A stretch of DNA of 64,000 nucleotides from Rhodobacterales bacterium (GCA_038246975.1 JBBRVJ010000001.1:3719-67718); one strand, 5' to 3'. Shown: positions 1 to 10,995, counted from the stretch's first letter. Made by a program: numbers and translations. The notes: generated by a model not told the origin, from the letters alone.

Positions 1-619
1 CGGTGGCGTGGTCGCCCACCCGTTCGATGTTCTTGGCGATGAAATGCAGGTGCATGCAGGCTGTGATGTTGCGCGGGTCCTCAAGCATGTGGGTCAGGAA
101 TTCTCGGAACAGGGCGTTGTACATCTGATCGACCTCGCGGTCGCGCAGGCGGACCTCGGCGGCGAGCCCTGCATCGCGGGCGATATAGGCGTCGAGCGCG
201 TCCTTCAGTTGCAGTTGCACCTGTTTGGCCATCCGGCGGATCGACCCTGCGGCCCCGGCAATCGGGTTCATCTGGGCCAGCACGTTGGACCGTTTGGCCA
301 GATTCTTGGCATAATCGCCACAGCGTTCAAGGCTTGCCGCAATCTTCATCACGGTCAGCACGGTACGCAGGTCCGTGGCGGTCGGCGAGCGCAGGGCGAT
401 CAGGCGGGCACATTCCGAGTTGACCTGTTCTTCGACCGCGTCAATCGCGGTGTCGCCGCGGCGAACGCGTTCGGCCAGTTCCTCGTCGCGCGATTCCAGC
501 GCCAGCGCCGCATCGGACAGGGCGGTTTCCACCAGCCCGCCCATGCGCATGATCATGGCCTGCACGGCTTCCAGATCCCGGTCGAACACCGAGGTGATAT
601 GGGGGTTTTCGATCATCAT
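1..619 (-). CDS. phoU: Phosphate signalling complex protein PhoU (N-terminal ~206 codons; C-terminus lies beyond the window start)
   Basis: Minus-strand translation from ATG at 619 reads MMIENPHITSVFDRDLEAVQAMIMRMGGLVETA...HFIAKNIERVGDHAT, PhoU-like. It is open to the window edge, so it is absent from the ORF track. GAGGGAG Shine-Dalgarno lies just upstream. Last gene of the pst operon. Confidence 0.9.
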   Translation of the reverse strand, partial: MMIENPHITSVFDRDLEAVQAMIMRMGGLVETALSDAALALESRDEELAERVRRGDTAIDAVEEQVNSECARLIALRSPTATDLRTVLTVMKIAASLERCGDYAKNLAKRSNVLAQMNPIAGAAGSIRRMAKQVQLQLKDALDAYIARDAGLAAEVRLRDREVDQMYNALFREFLTHMLEDPRNITACMHLHFIAKNIERVGDHAT

Positions 620-627
620 CTGCTCCC

Positions 628-1425
628 TCAGCCGATCCGGCCGGAAATGTAGGACTCGGTGCGCGGGTCCTTGGGGGTCGTGAAAATCTGCCCGGTTTCG
701 CCGTATTCGACCAGATAGCCCAAGTGAAAGAACGCGGTTTTCTGGCTGACCCGAGCCGCCTGCTGCATCGAGTGCGTGACGATCACCACCGAAAACTGGC
801 TGCGCAATTCGCTGATCAATTCTTCGACCTGCGCCGTGGCAATCGGGTCCAGTGCCGAACACGGCTCGTCCATCAGCAGCACTTCCGGGCTGGTTGCAAT
901 CGCGCGGGCGATGCACAACCGCTGCTGTTGGCCGCCCGACAACCCGGTGCCTGGGGACTGCAAGCGGTCCTTCACCTCGTTCCAGATCGCGGCCTTCTTC
1001 AGACTGGTTTCCACGACCTCGTCCAGCTCCGCCTTGGATCTGGTCAGCCCGTGGATTTTCGGACCGTAAGCCACGTTGTCGTAGATCGACTTCGGGAACG
1101 GGTTGGGCTTTTGGAACACCATGCCGACCTTGGCGCGCAACTGCACCGGGTCCACCCGCTTGTCATAGATATCTTCGCCTTCCAGCTTGATCTCGCCGGA
1201 AACCTTGCACACCGCTATGGTGTCGTTCATCCGGTTCAAACAGCGCAGAAAGGTCGATTTCCCGCAGCCCGACGGCCCGATGAACGCCGTCACCGTCTTG
1301 TCGAGGATATCGACGTTCAGATCCTTGATCGCGTGACTGGTGCCGTAATACACCTGCACGTTGCGCGCCGAAATCTTGTTGCCTTGCGTGTCCACGTCCC
1401 GCTCCACAATGCGCATGTCGTTCAT
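628..1425 (-). CDS. pstB: Phosphate ABC transporter ATP-binding protein PstB
   Basis: ORF 628..1464. Walker [13 protein letters not shown] signature LSGGQQQRL, PstB-like overall sequence. ATG at 1425 preceded by GGGAAGGA is preferred over the TTG at 1464. Confidence 0.95.
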   Translation of the reverse strand: MNDMRIVERDVDTQGNKISARNVQVYYGTSHAIKDLNVDILDKTVTAFIGPSGCGKSTFLRCLNRMNDTIAVCKVSGEIKLEGEDIYDKRVDPVQLRAKVGMVFQKPNPFPKSIYDNVAYGPKIHGLTRSKAELDEVVETSLKKAAIWNEVKDRLQSPGTGLSGGQQQRLCIARAIATSPEVLLMDEPCSALDPIATAQVEELISELRSQFSVVIVTHSMQQAARVSQKTAFFHLGYLVEYGETGQIFTTPKDPRTESYISGRIG

Positions 1426-1447
1426 GTCTTGGTCCTTCCCGGACAGG

Positions 1448-2809
1448 TTACCAGCGGCGTTCAAAACGGCGGCGCAGCACGATCGCCAGCACGTTCATCG
1501 CGACGAGGAAGATAAGCAGAATGATGATCGCCCCGGAAGAGCGTTCGATGAAAGCAGGATCCGCGCGCTGCGCCCAGCCAAAAACCTGCACCGGCAACGC
1601 CGTGGCGGGGTCGAGAAAGCCTTCCGGCGGCGAGCCCGGATAGTTGTCCACAAAGGCCACCATCCCGATCAACAGCAACGGTGCGGTCTCTCCAAGCGCC
1701 GACGCCAAACCGAGGATGGTGCCGGTCAAAATCCCCGGCATCGCCAGCGGCAGAACATGATGGAACACCATCTGCATCTTTGACGCCCCGATCCCCAAAG
1801 CTGCGTCGCGGATCGACGGCGGCACGGCCTTGATGCTGGCCCGCGTGGCAATGATGATCGTGGGCAGCGTCATCAGCGTCAGCACCAACGCGCCCACAAT
1901 CGTCGAGGAATTCGGCAAACCGGCGAAGTTGATGAAGATCGCCAGACCCAGAATCCCGAAGACGATCGACGGCACCGCCGCAAGGTTCGAGATGTTCACC
2001 TCGATCGCGTCCGTCCAGAAGTTCTTCGGCGCGAACTCTTCCAGATAGATCGAGGCCGCCACGCCTACCGGCACACAGGTGATCAGCACGATCAACATCA
2101 TGTAGGCCGAACCAAGGATCGCCACCCCCAGACCCGCGGCTTCGGGCCGTTGGTCTGACGCGTCTGGCAGCGTGATGAAATCCCAGTTGAAAACCGATTT
2201 CAGCAGACCCGCATCTTTCAACTGGTCCGCCAGTTGCAATTGCTCGGGCGTCACGTTGCTGTCTCGCTGGGCCGTCTCCATCGTCACGCGACCCTTGAGG
2301 TAGCCGTCGATCCGCCCCGTCGCCAGAACCGTTGCGTCAATCGTCGTGCCGACGATTTCAGGGTTGGCCAGAACCAGCGCCCGCAACTTGCCCGCCGCGT
2401 CTTTCGAAATCATGTCGGCCACGTCCTTGTCGGATTGGCCGTCAACCGCAATGCCTTTCTCGGTCAACTCCTTTTGAAACGCCGCCGCCAGAACCTTGTT
2501 GTACCCCAACGTGGTGATCTTCACCATTTCGTCGCGGTTGCGGTTGCCTTGCGGGTCCAGCGTCTCGGCCGTCAACTCCATCGGAAAGCTCATCTTGGCC
2601 TGAAAGAATGCCGACACCCCGTCCGACAGGATGGTGATCAACATGAAACCCAGCGTTGCGAGGCTCAGAACGATGGCCGCAATGCCGTAAGCCTTGAACC
2701 GGCCCTCTGCCGCATTGCGCCGACGCGCAAGGGAAGTCTCGGCCATCAGGGACGTTTTCGGGCGGGCGGATGCGGGTGCGGCCATGCCGCTGGCGGTTGC
2801 GTCGGTCAA
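1448..2809 (-). CDS. pstA: Phosphate ABC transporter permease PstA (long alphaproteobacterial form)
   Basis: 453-aa polytopic membrane ORF between pstC and pstB. The TTG start at 2809 overlaps the pstC stop and is preceded by GGGAG. An internal ATG at 2785 is an alternative start. Confidence 0.9.
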   Translation of the reverse strand: MTDATASGMAAPASARPKTSLMAETSLARRRNAAEGRFKAYGIAAIVLSLATLGFMLITILSDGVSAFFQAKMSFPMELTAETLDPQGNRNRDEMVKITTLGYNKVLAAAFQKELTEKGIAVDGQSDKDVADMISKDAAGKLRALVLANPEIVGTTIDATVLATGRIDGYLKGRVTMETAQRDSNVTPEQLQLADQLKDAGLLKSVFNWDFITLPDASDQRPEAAGLGVAILGSAYMMLIVLITCVPVGVAASIYLEEFAPKNFWTDAIEVNISNLAAVPSIVFGILGLAIFINFAGLPNSSTIVGALVLTLMTLPTIIIATRASIKAVPPSIRDAALGIGASKMQMVFHHVLPLAMPGILTGTILGLASALGETAPLLLIGMVAFVDNYPGSPPEGFLDPATALPVQVFGWAQRADPAFIERSSGAIIILLIFLVAMNVLAIVLRRRFERRW

Positions 2810-4266
2810 TCGTATTGCTCCCGGTATTTGCGCACGACCAGCAGGGCCACGATGTTCAGGGCCAGCGTAATCACGAACAAGGACATGCCAAGGGCGAAAG
2901 CCACCAGCGTTTCAGGCGAGTTGAAATCGGTATCGCCGGTCAACTGGCCCACGATCTTTACCGTCATGGTGGTCATCGCCTCGAACGGGTTCAGGCTCAG
3001 CTTTGCCGCAGCCCCCGCCCCCATCACCACGATCATCGTCTCGCCGATGGCGCGGCTGGCAGCCATCAGACAGGCCCCGACGATCCCCGGCAGGGCCGCA
3101 GGCAACACCACCTGCCGGATCGTTTCCGACTTGGTGGCACCCAACCCCAACGACCCGTCGCGCAGCGATTGCGGCACCGAGTTAATGATATCGTCCGACA
3201 GCGAACTGATGAACGGGATGTTCAAAATGCCGATCACGATCCCGGCCGTCATCACCGACGACCCGCTGTTGCCCCAGCCCAGCGGCTCGGCAAAGTAATC
3301 GCGCAGCAACGGCCCCACCGTGACCAGCGCGAACAACCCGAACACCACGGTAGGGATGCCCGCGATCACCTCGATCAGCGGCTTGACCCAAGACCGCACT
3401 GGTCTGGACGCATATTCTGCCAAATAGATCGCTGCATAAAGCCCGATCGGCACCGACACGATCAACGAAATCAGCGTGATGTACAACGTGCCCCAGATCA
3501 GCGGCCAGATCCCCAACTCCGAGTCTCCCTGGAAGTTCGGCGACCACGTCAGGCTGAAGAAGAAATCCTGATAGGGATACTGCGAGAAAAAGTTGAACGT
3601 CTCTGTCAGCATCGAATAGACGATACCAACCGTCGTCAGGATCGCAATCGACGACGCCGCGATCAACAGCCCAAGCACAGCCTGCTCGACCCGGTTGCGC
3701 GCGCGAAAATCCTTGTTGGTGATCATCAACCCGTAGATCAGCCCGGCCACGGCAATCAGCACCACCAGAATTGTGCGTGCCATGGCACCCCAGGCGATCA
3801 TCACCCGGTATTCCTGTGCGGCGGCCAAAACCTCGCGCGATACGTCCGATCCCAGTGCCACGCCGACACGCGCCAACCGATCCCGCACGTTGGTAAATTC
3901 GGTGCGGATCATGCTTGCATCTTCTTCGCTCATGACGCCCCCGGCGACGGCTGCATCCAGACCGCCCGCTACCCGGCGCACATCCGACATGACGAGCGTC
4001 ATCGAACTGCCATCCGCCACCATGGACGGCGGCAACATGCCGACAATCCGGTTTTCAAGAATGAAGGGCTGGATCATCAGCCACAGCACAAGCGCCGCAA
4101 GCGCTGGTAGCAGAACCATAATCGCCCCGTGCCAACCATAATAGACCGGCAGGGAATGCAATGATTTCGGGTCGCTCTGAACCGAGGCCATCACCCGCTG
4201 GCGGCACAGCACAAAGCCCGCCAACGCCAACACGGTCACAATGACAAGCAACAAAAGAACCGACAT
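2806..4266 (-). CDS. pstC: Phosphate ABC transporter permease PstC
   Basis: Polytopic membrane ORF 2806..4332 directly after pstS. ATG at 4266 (MSVLLLLVIV...) is preferred; GTG at 4332 is the alternative. Confidence 0.85.
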   Translation of the reverse strand: MSVLLLLVIVTVLALAGFVLCRQRVMASVQSDPKSLHSLPVYYGWHGAIMVLLPALAALVLWLMIQPFILENRIVGMLPPSMVADGSSMTLVMSDVRRVAGGLDAAVAGGVMSEEDASMIRTEFTNVRDRLARVGVALGSDVSREVLAAAQEYRVMIAWGAMARTILVVLIAVAGLIYGLMITNKDFRARNRVEQAVLGLLIAASSIAILTTVGIVYSMLTETFNFFSQYPYQDFFFSLTWSPNFQGDSELGIWPLIWGTLYITLISLIVSVPIGLYAAIYLAEYASRPVRSWVKPLIEVIAGIPTVVFGLFALVTVGPLLRDYFAEPLGWGNSGSSVMTAGIVIGILNIPFISSLSDDIINSVPQSLRDGSLGLGATKSETIRQVVLPAALPGIVGACLMAASRAIGETMIVVMGAGAAAKLSLNPFEAMTTMTVKIVGQLTGDTDFNSPETLVAFALGMSLFVITLALNIVALLVVRKYREQYD

Positions 4267-4344
4267 CGGGGATCCTGTTCGCTGGAATATATACGAAGGC
4301 ATCAAAAGATAGGTGGCGCCCGAAGGCACCACCTGTTGTCTGGT

Positions 4345-5400
4345 TTATTCCAGCGGACCCATCGGGGTCTCGGCTTCGACCATCGCTTGGGTCGCAGCCA
4401 GTTCCGGGTCCGATACCAGACCATAAGCGGCCAACGGGCCATCCGGACCGGCCATCTCGTCCGACACGAAGAACGTGATGTATTCTTTCAGGCCGGGGAT
4501 CACGCCGATGTGGGCCTTCTTGACGTAGAAGAACAGCGGGCGCGACACCGGGTATTCAGCCGAGGCGATCGATTCAGCCGAAGGAACGACGCCGCCCATG
4601 GTGGCGACGCGCAGCTTGTCGGTGTTGTTCTGGTAGAACGACAGACCGAACACGCCGATTGCCGACTTGTCGGCGTCGATGCGGGCCAGAGTCTCGGTGT
4701 AGTCGCCGTCGATGTCGACCGACTTGCCGTCGGTGCGCAGTTCCATGCAGGCCTTGTCGGCGGCGGATGCCTTGGCCTTGTCGTCAGCGCCTTCGGCCAC
4801 AGCGGCGAACAGGGCATGTGCGCCCGTTTCCTTGCAACCAGCGATGATCACCTTGGTGTCGAACACTTCACGGGTACCGTGCTTGGTGCCGGGGATGAAC
4901 ATCAGGATCGGTTGAGCCGGCAGGGCGGCGTCAACTTCGTTCCACGCGGCGTTTGCGTTTGCAACCAAAGCGCCATCCTTGGCGACCTGAGCGGCCAGTG
5001 CGCCATAGATGTGTGCCGGAGTGTATGCGAATTCCGGACCGTTCACGTCCGACGCAAACACGATGCCGTCATAGCCAAAGCGGACTTCCATCACCTCGGC
5101 CACACCGTTGGTGGCGCACAGTTCGATGTCCGACTTGGAGATGCGCGAGGACGAGTTGGCGATGTCGACGGTGTTTTCACCGACGCCTTCGCACAACTTC
5201 TTGCGACCGGCGCCCGAACCGCCGCCTTCAACGACCGGCGACGGGAAGTCGAAGTTTTCACCGAAAGCTTCGGCAACGATGGTCGAATAGGGCAGAACGG
5301 TGGACGAACCGGTGACCTGAACCTGGTCGCGCGCATGGCCGACGCCTGCCGACATGGCGACGATGGCCAGCACGGATGCGCTGATTTTCACGGATTTCAT
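4345..5400 (-). CDS. pstS: Phosphate ABC transporter substrate-binding protein PstS
   Basis: 351 aa with signal peptide MKSVKISASVLAIVAMSAGVGHA and a PstS-family body (TGSSTVLPY...). First gene of pstSCAB-phoU. Confidence 0.9.
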   Translation of the reverse strand: MKSVKISASVLAIVAMSAGVGHARDQVQVTGSSTVLPYSTIVAEAFGENFDFPSPVVEGGGSGAGRKKLCEGVGENTVDIANSSSRISKSDIELCATNGVAEVMEVRFGYDGIVFASDVNGPEFAYTPAHIYGALAAQVAKDGALVANANAAWNEVDAALPAQPILMFIPGTKHGTREVFDTKVIIAGCKETGAHALFAAVAEGADDKAKASAADKACMELRTDGKSVDIDGDYTETLARIDADKSAIGVFGLSFYQNNTDKLRVATMGGVVPSAESIASAEYPVSRPLFFYVKKAHIGVIPGLKEYITFFVSDEMAGPDGPLAAYGLVSDPELAATQAMVEAETPMGPLE

Positions 5401-5462
5401 GGATCTCTCCTGAAGAGGTTTGGGCCAAACGACTCAGCCTGCGACTTTCCTAGTGGCGATGA

Positions 5463-5501
5463 ATGTCAGGTTTGTCTCATTTTTGTAACAGTATCATGAC
5501 A
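5463..5501 (-). promoter_or_regulatory. Two tandem Pho boxes (four hexamer direct repeats at exact 11-bp spacing) upstream of pstS
   Basis: The minus strand reads TGTCATgatacTGTTACaaaaaTGAGACaaaccTGACAT. Hexamers begin every 11 bp (plus-strand positions 5496, 5485, 5474, 5463). The proximal repeat lies about 63 bp upstream of the pstS ATG. It resembles the PhoB consensus CTGTCAT-A(A/T)A(T/A)-CTGTCA(C/T). Confidence 0.6.
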
Positions 5502-5633
5502 TAGACAACCGGTGGGTTTGTTGTGTCACAAAGGTGCCGCGACGGGGATGGCCTGCACTCCATGCCGACGAAGAAAACGCCCAGACGTCCATTCCAAGCG
5601 CCCCCTCCTCCGCTTTGGGGGGGGGGAGCCTCG

Positions 5634-6671
5634 TCACCCTGCCGCAGCGACCGGCGTCCAGATCACGTCGTCGATGCAGGGGGCTGCAGTCGCCAGCATC
5701 ACCAGCCGCTCGAACCCCAAGGCGATGCCGCTGGCGGGGGGCATGTGGGCCAGTGCGGCCAGCAAGGATTCGTCCAGCGGATAGCGGTGGCCGTAGACCC
5801 GTTCCTTTTCGTTCATTTCCGCGATGAACCGCCGCCGTTGTTCGGCAGGATCGGTCAACTCGCCAAACCCGTTGGCCAGTTCGACCCCACAGGCATAGGC
5901 TTCGAACCGCTCGGCCAGCCGGCCATCCTGCGCCAAAGGCCGCGCAAGTGCGGCTTCAGCCAGCGGATAACGGTCGAGATAGGTGATCCGGCCCAGCCCC
6001 AGATGCGGCTCGACCCGCGCCACCAAAACCTTGGCCACCATGTCGGACCATGTGTCGTCCGCTGCGGTGGTCAGCCCCGCAGCCTGCATCTGGGCACGCA
6101 TTGCTATTGCATCAGTCGTGCCCCCGGACCCCAGCGTCGCCAGCAGGTCAATCCCGGCATAGAGGTCAAATGCCTCGCACACCCCCAGCCGTTCCGGTTC
6201 CAGCGCCGGGTCGCAGGTCCGGTCGCGGTAGCGCAGCAGCCCGCCGTTGGCGGCCAGCCGCAGCATGGCGGTGCAATCGTCCATCAGGACCGCGTAGTCC
6301 TCGCCCACCCGATACCATTCCAGCATGGTGAACTCGGGGCTGTGCAGCGGCCCGCGTTCGCGGTTGCGCCAGACCGGGGCGAACGCGGCAATCCGGGTCT
6401 CGCCCGCCGCCAGCAGCTTTTTCATCGCGAATTCGGGCGAGGTGTGCAGATACATCGCCCGCCCGACCCCGTCATTGCCGATGGCGGTGGTGGCAAAGCC
6501 GTGCAGATGCGCCTCGTTCCCCGGACTGACCTGCAGCGCCACCGGATCGACTTCGATGAACCCCTGTTCCGCCAGCCACCCCCGCAACCCCGCCTTGATC
6601 CGGTTGCGCGCCAGCAACAGCGGGCGGCGGTCGGCGTGGGTCTGGGGGTGCCACCAATCGGTTGCGGTCAT
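5634..6671 (-). CDS. epmA: EF-P--(R)-beta-lysine ligase EpmA (PoxA/GenX, LysRS class II paralog)
   Basis: Matches E. coli EpmA by eye ([54 protein letters not shown]). Divergent from efp. ATG at 6671 (MTATDWW) is preferred. Confidence 0.85.
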   Translation of the reverse strand: MTATDWWHPQTHADRRPLLLARNRIKAGLRGWLAEQGFIEVDPVALQVSPGNEAHLHGFATTAIGNDGVGRAMYLHTSPEFAMKKLLAAGETRIAAFAPVWRNRERGPLHSPEFTMLEWYRVGEDYAVLMDDCTAMLRLAANGGLLRYRDRTCDPALEPERLGVCEAFDLYAGIDLLATLGSGGTTDAIAMRAQMQAAGLTTAADDTWSDMVAKVLVARVEPHLGLGRITYLDRYPLAEAALARPLAQDGRLAERFEAYACGVELANGFGELTDPAEQRRRFIAEMNEKERVYGHRYPLDESLLAALAHMPPASGIALGFERLVMLATAAPCIDDVIWTPVAAAG

Positions 6672-6775
6672 GGCTTTGGCTTCTCTCTGGCGAATTGCGG
6701 GCAGATGCGCTAAGCGGCTCGGCAAAGCCTGCGCTGTTTACGCGGCGGGCCCCGCAACCACAAGGAACCGCTTCT

Positions 6776-7342
6776 GTGAAAGTCATCGCCTCGTCCTTGC
6801 GCAAGGGCAACGTCGTCGATCTGGAAGGTCGGCTGTATGTCGTCCTGAACGCCGAAAACTTCCACCCCGGCAAGGGCACGCCGACCACATCGGTGGACAT
6901 GCGGCGGATTTCTGACGGGGTGAAGGTGGCGGAACGCTGGCGCACGACCGAGATGGTGGAAAAGGCCATGGTGGACGAGCGCAACTACAACTTCCTGTAC
7001 GAAGACGGCGAGGGGTTTCACTTCATGGAGCCCACATCTTACGAACAGGTCGCCGTGCATCCCGATGTGGTGGGGGACCAGAAGGTGTTCCTGACCGACG
7101 GCTTGCAGGTGGCGCTCAAGACCCATGACGGCGTCGCAATCTCCATCGAATTGCCGCAGAAGGTGACCGTCGAGATCACCGAGACCGAGCCTGTGGTCAA
7201 GGGGCAGACCGCCTCGTCGTCCTACAAGCCCGCGATCTGTTCGAACGGCATCCGCGTGATGGTGCCGCCGCATATCGGGGCCGGGGTGCGGATCGTGATC
7301 AACACCGACGATTATTCCTATGTGGAACGTGCCCGCGACTGA
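6776..7342 (+). CDS. efp: Translation elongation factor P
   Basis: The GTG start at 6776 gives the 188-aa protein [36 protein letters not shown].... The conserved loop PGKG carries the modifiable Lys (about K33). Confidence 0.95.
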   Translation: MKVIASSLRKGNVVDLEGRLYVVLNAENFHPGKGTPTTSVDMRRISDGVKVAERWRTTEMVEKAMVDERNYNFLYEDGEGFHFMEPTSYEQVAVHPDVVGDQKVFLTDGLQVALKTHDGVAISIELPQKVTVEITETEPVVKGQTASSSYKPAICSNGIRVMVPPHIGAGVRIVINTDDYSYVERARD

Positions 7343-7369
7343 TGCTTTGACCAAACCGGAGGGAAAACG

Positions 7370-8215
7370 ATGAAATTGCTGCGCCATGGGCCTGTAGGGG
7401 CTGAAAAACCGGGGATGCTGCACAGCGACGGCACGATCCGCGATCTGTCGGGGCTGGTGCCCGACATTGCCGGAGCGGTGCTGTCGGACGTGGGTCTGGC
7501 GATGCTGCGCGGCGTTGATGCGGGCGGGCTGCCGGTGGTGGCTGCGGGTACACGGTTGGGGCCGTGCGTGGCGGGGACCGGCAAATTCATCTGCATCGGT
7601 CTGAATTATTCCGACCATGCCGCCGAAACCGGGGCGACGGTGCCGCCAGAACCTATCATTTTCATGAAGGCCACCAGTGCGATGTGCGGGCCGAACGATC
7701 CGATCGTGATTCCCCGCACGTCCGTCAAGACCGACTGGGAGGTCGAGTTGGCGGTGATCATCGGCACGAAGGCCAAGTATGTGTCGCAGGACGAGGCTTT
7801 GGCCCATGTGGCGGGCTATGCGATTGCCAATGACGTGTCGGAACGGGCGTTTCAGACCGAACGGTCGGGTCAGTGGACCAAGGGCAAGTCCTGCGACAGT
7901 TTCGGGCAGATCGGCCCTTGGCTGGTGACGCGCGACGAGGTTGCCGATCCGCAGGATCTGGCGATGTGGCTGACGGTGGACGGCCAGACCATGCAGAACG
8001 GCACGACCCGGACGATGGTCTACGGTGTGGCCCATCTGGTCAGCTACCTGTCGCAGTTCATGACCCTGCACCCCGGCGACGTGATCTCGACCGGCACCCC
8101 GCCCGGCGTGGGTCTGGGCATGAAGCCGCCACGCTTTCTGGTCCCCGGCGAGGTGGTGGAACTTGGCATCACGGGTCTGGGCCAGCAGCGTCAAGACGTT
8201 GTGGCAGACGTTTGA
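7370..8215 (+). CDS. Fumarylacetoacetate hydrolase (FAH) family protein
   Basis: 281 aa with a typical FAH-family C-terminal domain (KFICIGLNYSDHAAE..., DWEVELAVIIG, GDVISTGTPPGVG). Confidence 0.85.
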   Translation: MKLLRHGPVGAEKPGMLHSDGTIRDLSGLVPDIAGAVLSDVGLAMLRGVDAGGLPVVAAGTRLGPCVAGTGKFICIGLNYSDHAAETGATVPPEPIIFMKATSAMCGPNDPIVIPRTSVKTDWEVELAVIIGTKAKYVSQDEALAHVAGYAIANDVSERAFQTERSGQWTKGKSCDSFGQIGPWLVTRDEVADPQDLAMWLTVDGQTMQNGTTRTMVYGVAHLVSYLSQFMTLHPGDVISTGTPPGVGLGMKPPRFLVPGEVVELGITGLGQQRQDVVADV

Positions 8216-8274
8216 CGGGGTAAGGCGGTTGAAGCCGTGCGGTTGACCCCCTGCCCTTTCCTGATTCGACGGAT

Positions 8275-8288
8275 TTGATTTCGATCAG
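8275..8288. promoter_or_regulatory. FNR/FnrL-type box TTGAT-N4-ATCAG upstream of cydAB
   Basis: TTGATttcgATCAG lies inside a larger imperfect palindrome ggatTTGATttcgATCAGatcc, about 265 bp upstream of the cydA ATG. One mismatch to TTGAT-N4-ATCAA. Confidence 0.35.
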
Positions 8289-8551
8289 ATCCGGGCGCGC
8301 CTGACAGGGCGGGCGCACTCCCCGCGCCTGCCCCCATTTTCAAAGAGCGGCGGGCACGCAGGCCCGGCCTGATTTGTCTATTCGCCAAATCCGGCAACAA
8401 GAGGATATCCGCCCGCCCTACTTCCTCGCCCCCCCCAACCCATGTCCCCGCTCATGCCCCTGCCCCTGTGACACCTTGCTTTTTGTATGCTATTTTTAAG
8501 CCGAGCGCCCGTGGATGACCTGCCCCTCATCGCCGACCCAAGGAACGCCAC

Positions 8552-9991
8552 ATGGACCTGACTGACCCGCTTATCCTTGCCCGCATCCAATTTGCGTTCA
8601 CCATCAGTTTCCATATCGTCTTTCCGGCGTTTTCCATCGGTTTGGCCAGCTATATGGCAGTGTTGAACGGGTTGCACCTGTTCACCGGGCGGCAGGTGTT
8701 TCTGGACCTGTTCAACTACTGGAAGAAGATCTTTGCCGTCGCCTTCGGCATGGGTGTCGTGTCGGGCATCGTGATGTCCTATCAGTTCGGCACGAACTGG
8801 AGCGTGTTTGCCGACAAGACCGGCCCGGTTCTGGGGCCGCTGATGGGGTATGAGGTGCTGTCGGCGTTTTTCCTTGAGGCGGGCTTTCTGGGCGTCATGC
8901 TGTTTGGCCGGGAGCGGGTGGGCGAAAAGCTGCACTTCTTTGCGACGCTGATGGTGGCGTTCGGCACGTTCATGTCGGCCTTCTGGATCCTGTCGGTAAA
9001 CAGCTGGATGCAGACGCCTGCCGGGTACGGGATGAACGAGGTGGGACAGTTCATCGTGCTGGACTGGTGGGCGGTGATCTTCAATCCGTCCTTCCCGTAC
9101 CGCCTGATCCACATGCTGCTGGCGGCCTATCTGACCACGGCGCTGGTCGTGGGCGGGGTCGGCGCGCTGCATCTGTTGCGCGACCGGCACGAGGCGGGCG
9201 GCAATGCCGGATCGCGGGTGATGTTTTCCATGGCGATGTGGATGCTGGCCATCGTGGCCCCGGCGCAGATTTTCATGGGCGACCTGCACGGGATCAACAC
9301 ACTGGAGCATCAGCCCGCCAAGGTCATGGCGATGGAGGGGCATTACGAAAGCCACCCCGACGGAGCGCCGCTGATCCTGTTCGGCATCCCGAACCCCGCG
9401 GAAAAACGGATCGACTACGCGATTGAAATCCCGAACCTTTCGTCGCTGATCCTGAAGCATGACCTGAACGCGCCTCTGGCGGGGCTGGACACCATCGACG
9501 ATGACAAGGAACCGCCGGTGATGATCGTGTTCTTCAGTTTCCGCATCATGGTCGGCCTTGGGTTCGCCATGCTGGGGCTGGGAGTGTGGAGCCTTTATGC
9601 CCGGTACAAGCGCCGCCTTCATGACATGCCTTGGCTGCATCGGGCGGCGATTGCGATGGGGCCGATGGGCTTTGTCGCGGTGCTGGCGGGGTGGATCACG
9701 ACCGAGGTGGGGCGTCAGCCTTATACCGTCTATGGCCTGCTGACGACCGCCGATTCTGCGTCGAGCATCGGGGCTGCGGCCATCGGGGCGTCGCTGGTCG
9801 CGTTCATCATCGTCTATTTCGCGCTGTTCGGGGCGGGGACGTTCTATATCCTGCGGTTGATGAACAAACCGCCGCATCTGAACGAACCCGGTCTGGACCC
9901 CGGAGAGCCGATCCGTGCAGGCGGCATCATGCCCGCCCCCGCGATGGACGCCAAGGGGGCCTTGCCCACCGATGGGGGGGCCACGGCATGA
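8552..9991 (+). CDS. cydA: Cytochrome bd-type quinol oxidase subunit I (short form, CIO-like)
   Basis: 479 aa, MDLTDPLILARIQFAFTISFHIVFPAFSIGLA..., characteristic CydA N-terminus and GWITTEVGRQP motif. Confidence 0.9.
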   Translation: MDLTDPLILARIQFAFTISFHIVFPAFSIGLASYMAVLNGLHLFTGRQVFLDLFNYWKKIFAVAFGMGVVSGIVMSYQFGTNWSVFADKTGPVLGPLMGYEVLSAFFLEAGFLGVMLFGRERVGEKLHFFATLMVAFGTFMSAFWILSVNSWMQTPAGYGMNEVGQFIVLDWWAVIFNPSFPYRLIHMLLAAYLTTALVVGGVGALHLLRDRHEAGGNAGSRVMFSMAMWMLAIVAPAQIFMGDLHGINTLEHQPAKVMAMEGHYESHPDGAPLILFGIPNPAEKRIDYAIEIPNLSSLILKHDLNAPLAGLDTIDDDKEPPVMIVFFSFRIMVGLGFAMLGLGVWSLYARYKRRLHDMPWLHRAAIAMGPMGFVAVLAGWITTEVGRQPYTVYGLLTTADSASSIGAAAIGASLVAFIIVYFALFGAGTFYILRLMNKPPHLNEPGLDPGEPIRAGGIMPAPAMDAKGALPTDGGATA

Positions 9992-10995
9992 CGTTTGACC
10001 TTCCCACCGTCTGGGCTGGGCTGGTGGCCTTTGCCGTGCTGGCCTACGTCATCCTTGACGGGTTCGATCTGGGCGTCGGCATCCTGTTCCCCTTCCTGTC
10101 CGAGGAAGAGGAACGCGACGAGATGATGAACTCGGTAGCCCCCGTCTGGGACGGCAACGAGACCTGGCTGGTGCTGGGCGGCGGCGGGTTGTTTGCGGTG
10201 TTTCCGCTGGCCTATGCGGTGATCATGCCGGCGCTTTATGCCCCGATCATCGTCATGTTGCTGGGTCTGATCTTTCGCGGCGTGTCGTTCGAGTTCCGCT
10301 GGAAAACCCGGCGGGGCAAGTCCCTGTGGGATTGGGGGTTCTTTGGCGGATCGACGCTGGCGGCCTTTGCCCAAGGGGTGGCATTGGGCGCGCTGGTGCA
10401 GGGTATTCCGGTTCAAGGGCGCGCTTATGCGGGCGGGTGGTGGGACTGGCTGACCCCGTTCAGCCTGTTCACCGGAGCGGCGCTGGTGGTGGGGTATGCG
10501 CTGCTCGGGGCGACGTGGCTGATCCTGAAAACCGAGGATCATGTTCAGAACCGCGCCTACCAGATCGCGGGAATTGTGGCCCCGGCGACGCTTGCTTTGA
10601 TCGGGGTGGTAAGCCTGTGGACCCCGCTGCTGAACGCCGACTATCTGGGCCGCTGGTTCGGCTGGCCGAATACGCTGTATGCCTCGCCCATCCCGATTAT
10701 GGTGGCTCTGGCCGCGTTCCTGCTGCTGCGCGGGTTGAAGGAGCGGCGCGAGTTGTCGCCGTTTCTGGCGGCGCAATCGCTGTTTGTGCTGAGTTTCATC
10801 GGGATCGGCATCAGTTTCTATCCCTATATCGTGCCCGGCAGCGTGACGATCCATGCGGCGGCGGCGCCTGACAACAGCCTGTCTTTTCTGCTGTGGGGGG
10901 CTGCGGTGCTGATCCCGCTGATCCTGATCTACACCGCCTATTCCTATTGGGTGTTTCGCGGCAAGGTGAAGGCGCATTCAGGGGGCTATCACTGA
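9988..10995 (+). CDS. cydB: Cytochrome bd-type quinol oxidase subunit II
   Basis: ATG at 9988 overlaps the cydA stop (ATGA). MTFDLPTVWAGLVAFAVLAYVILDGFDLGVGILFP is a typical CydB N-terminus. 335 aa. Confidence 0.9.
   Translation: MTFDLPTVWAGLVAFAVLAYVILDGFDLGVGILFPFLSEEEERDEMMNSVAPVWDGNETWLVLGGGGLFAVFPLAYAVIMPALYAPIIVMLLGLIFRGVSFEFRWKTRRGKSLWDWGFFGGSTLAAFAQGVALGALVQGIPVQGRAYAGGWWDWLTPFSLFTGAALVVGYALLGATWLILKTEDHVQNRAYQIAGIVAPATLALIGVVSLWTPLLNADYLGRWFGWPNTLYASPIPIMVALAAFLLLRGLKERRELSPFLAAQSLFVLSFIGIGISFYPYIVPGSVTIHAAAAPDNSLSFLLWGAAVLIPLILIYTAYSYWVFRGKVKAHSGGYH

Noticed and set aside
8-652. 214-aa plus-strand ORF at the window start
   Set aside because: It is the antisense shadow of phoU. The minus strand gives a clean PhoU sequence with an SD and operon context, while the plus-strand product is Gly/Arg/His-rich and matches nothing.
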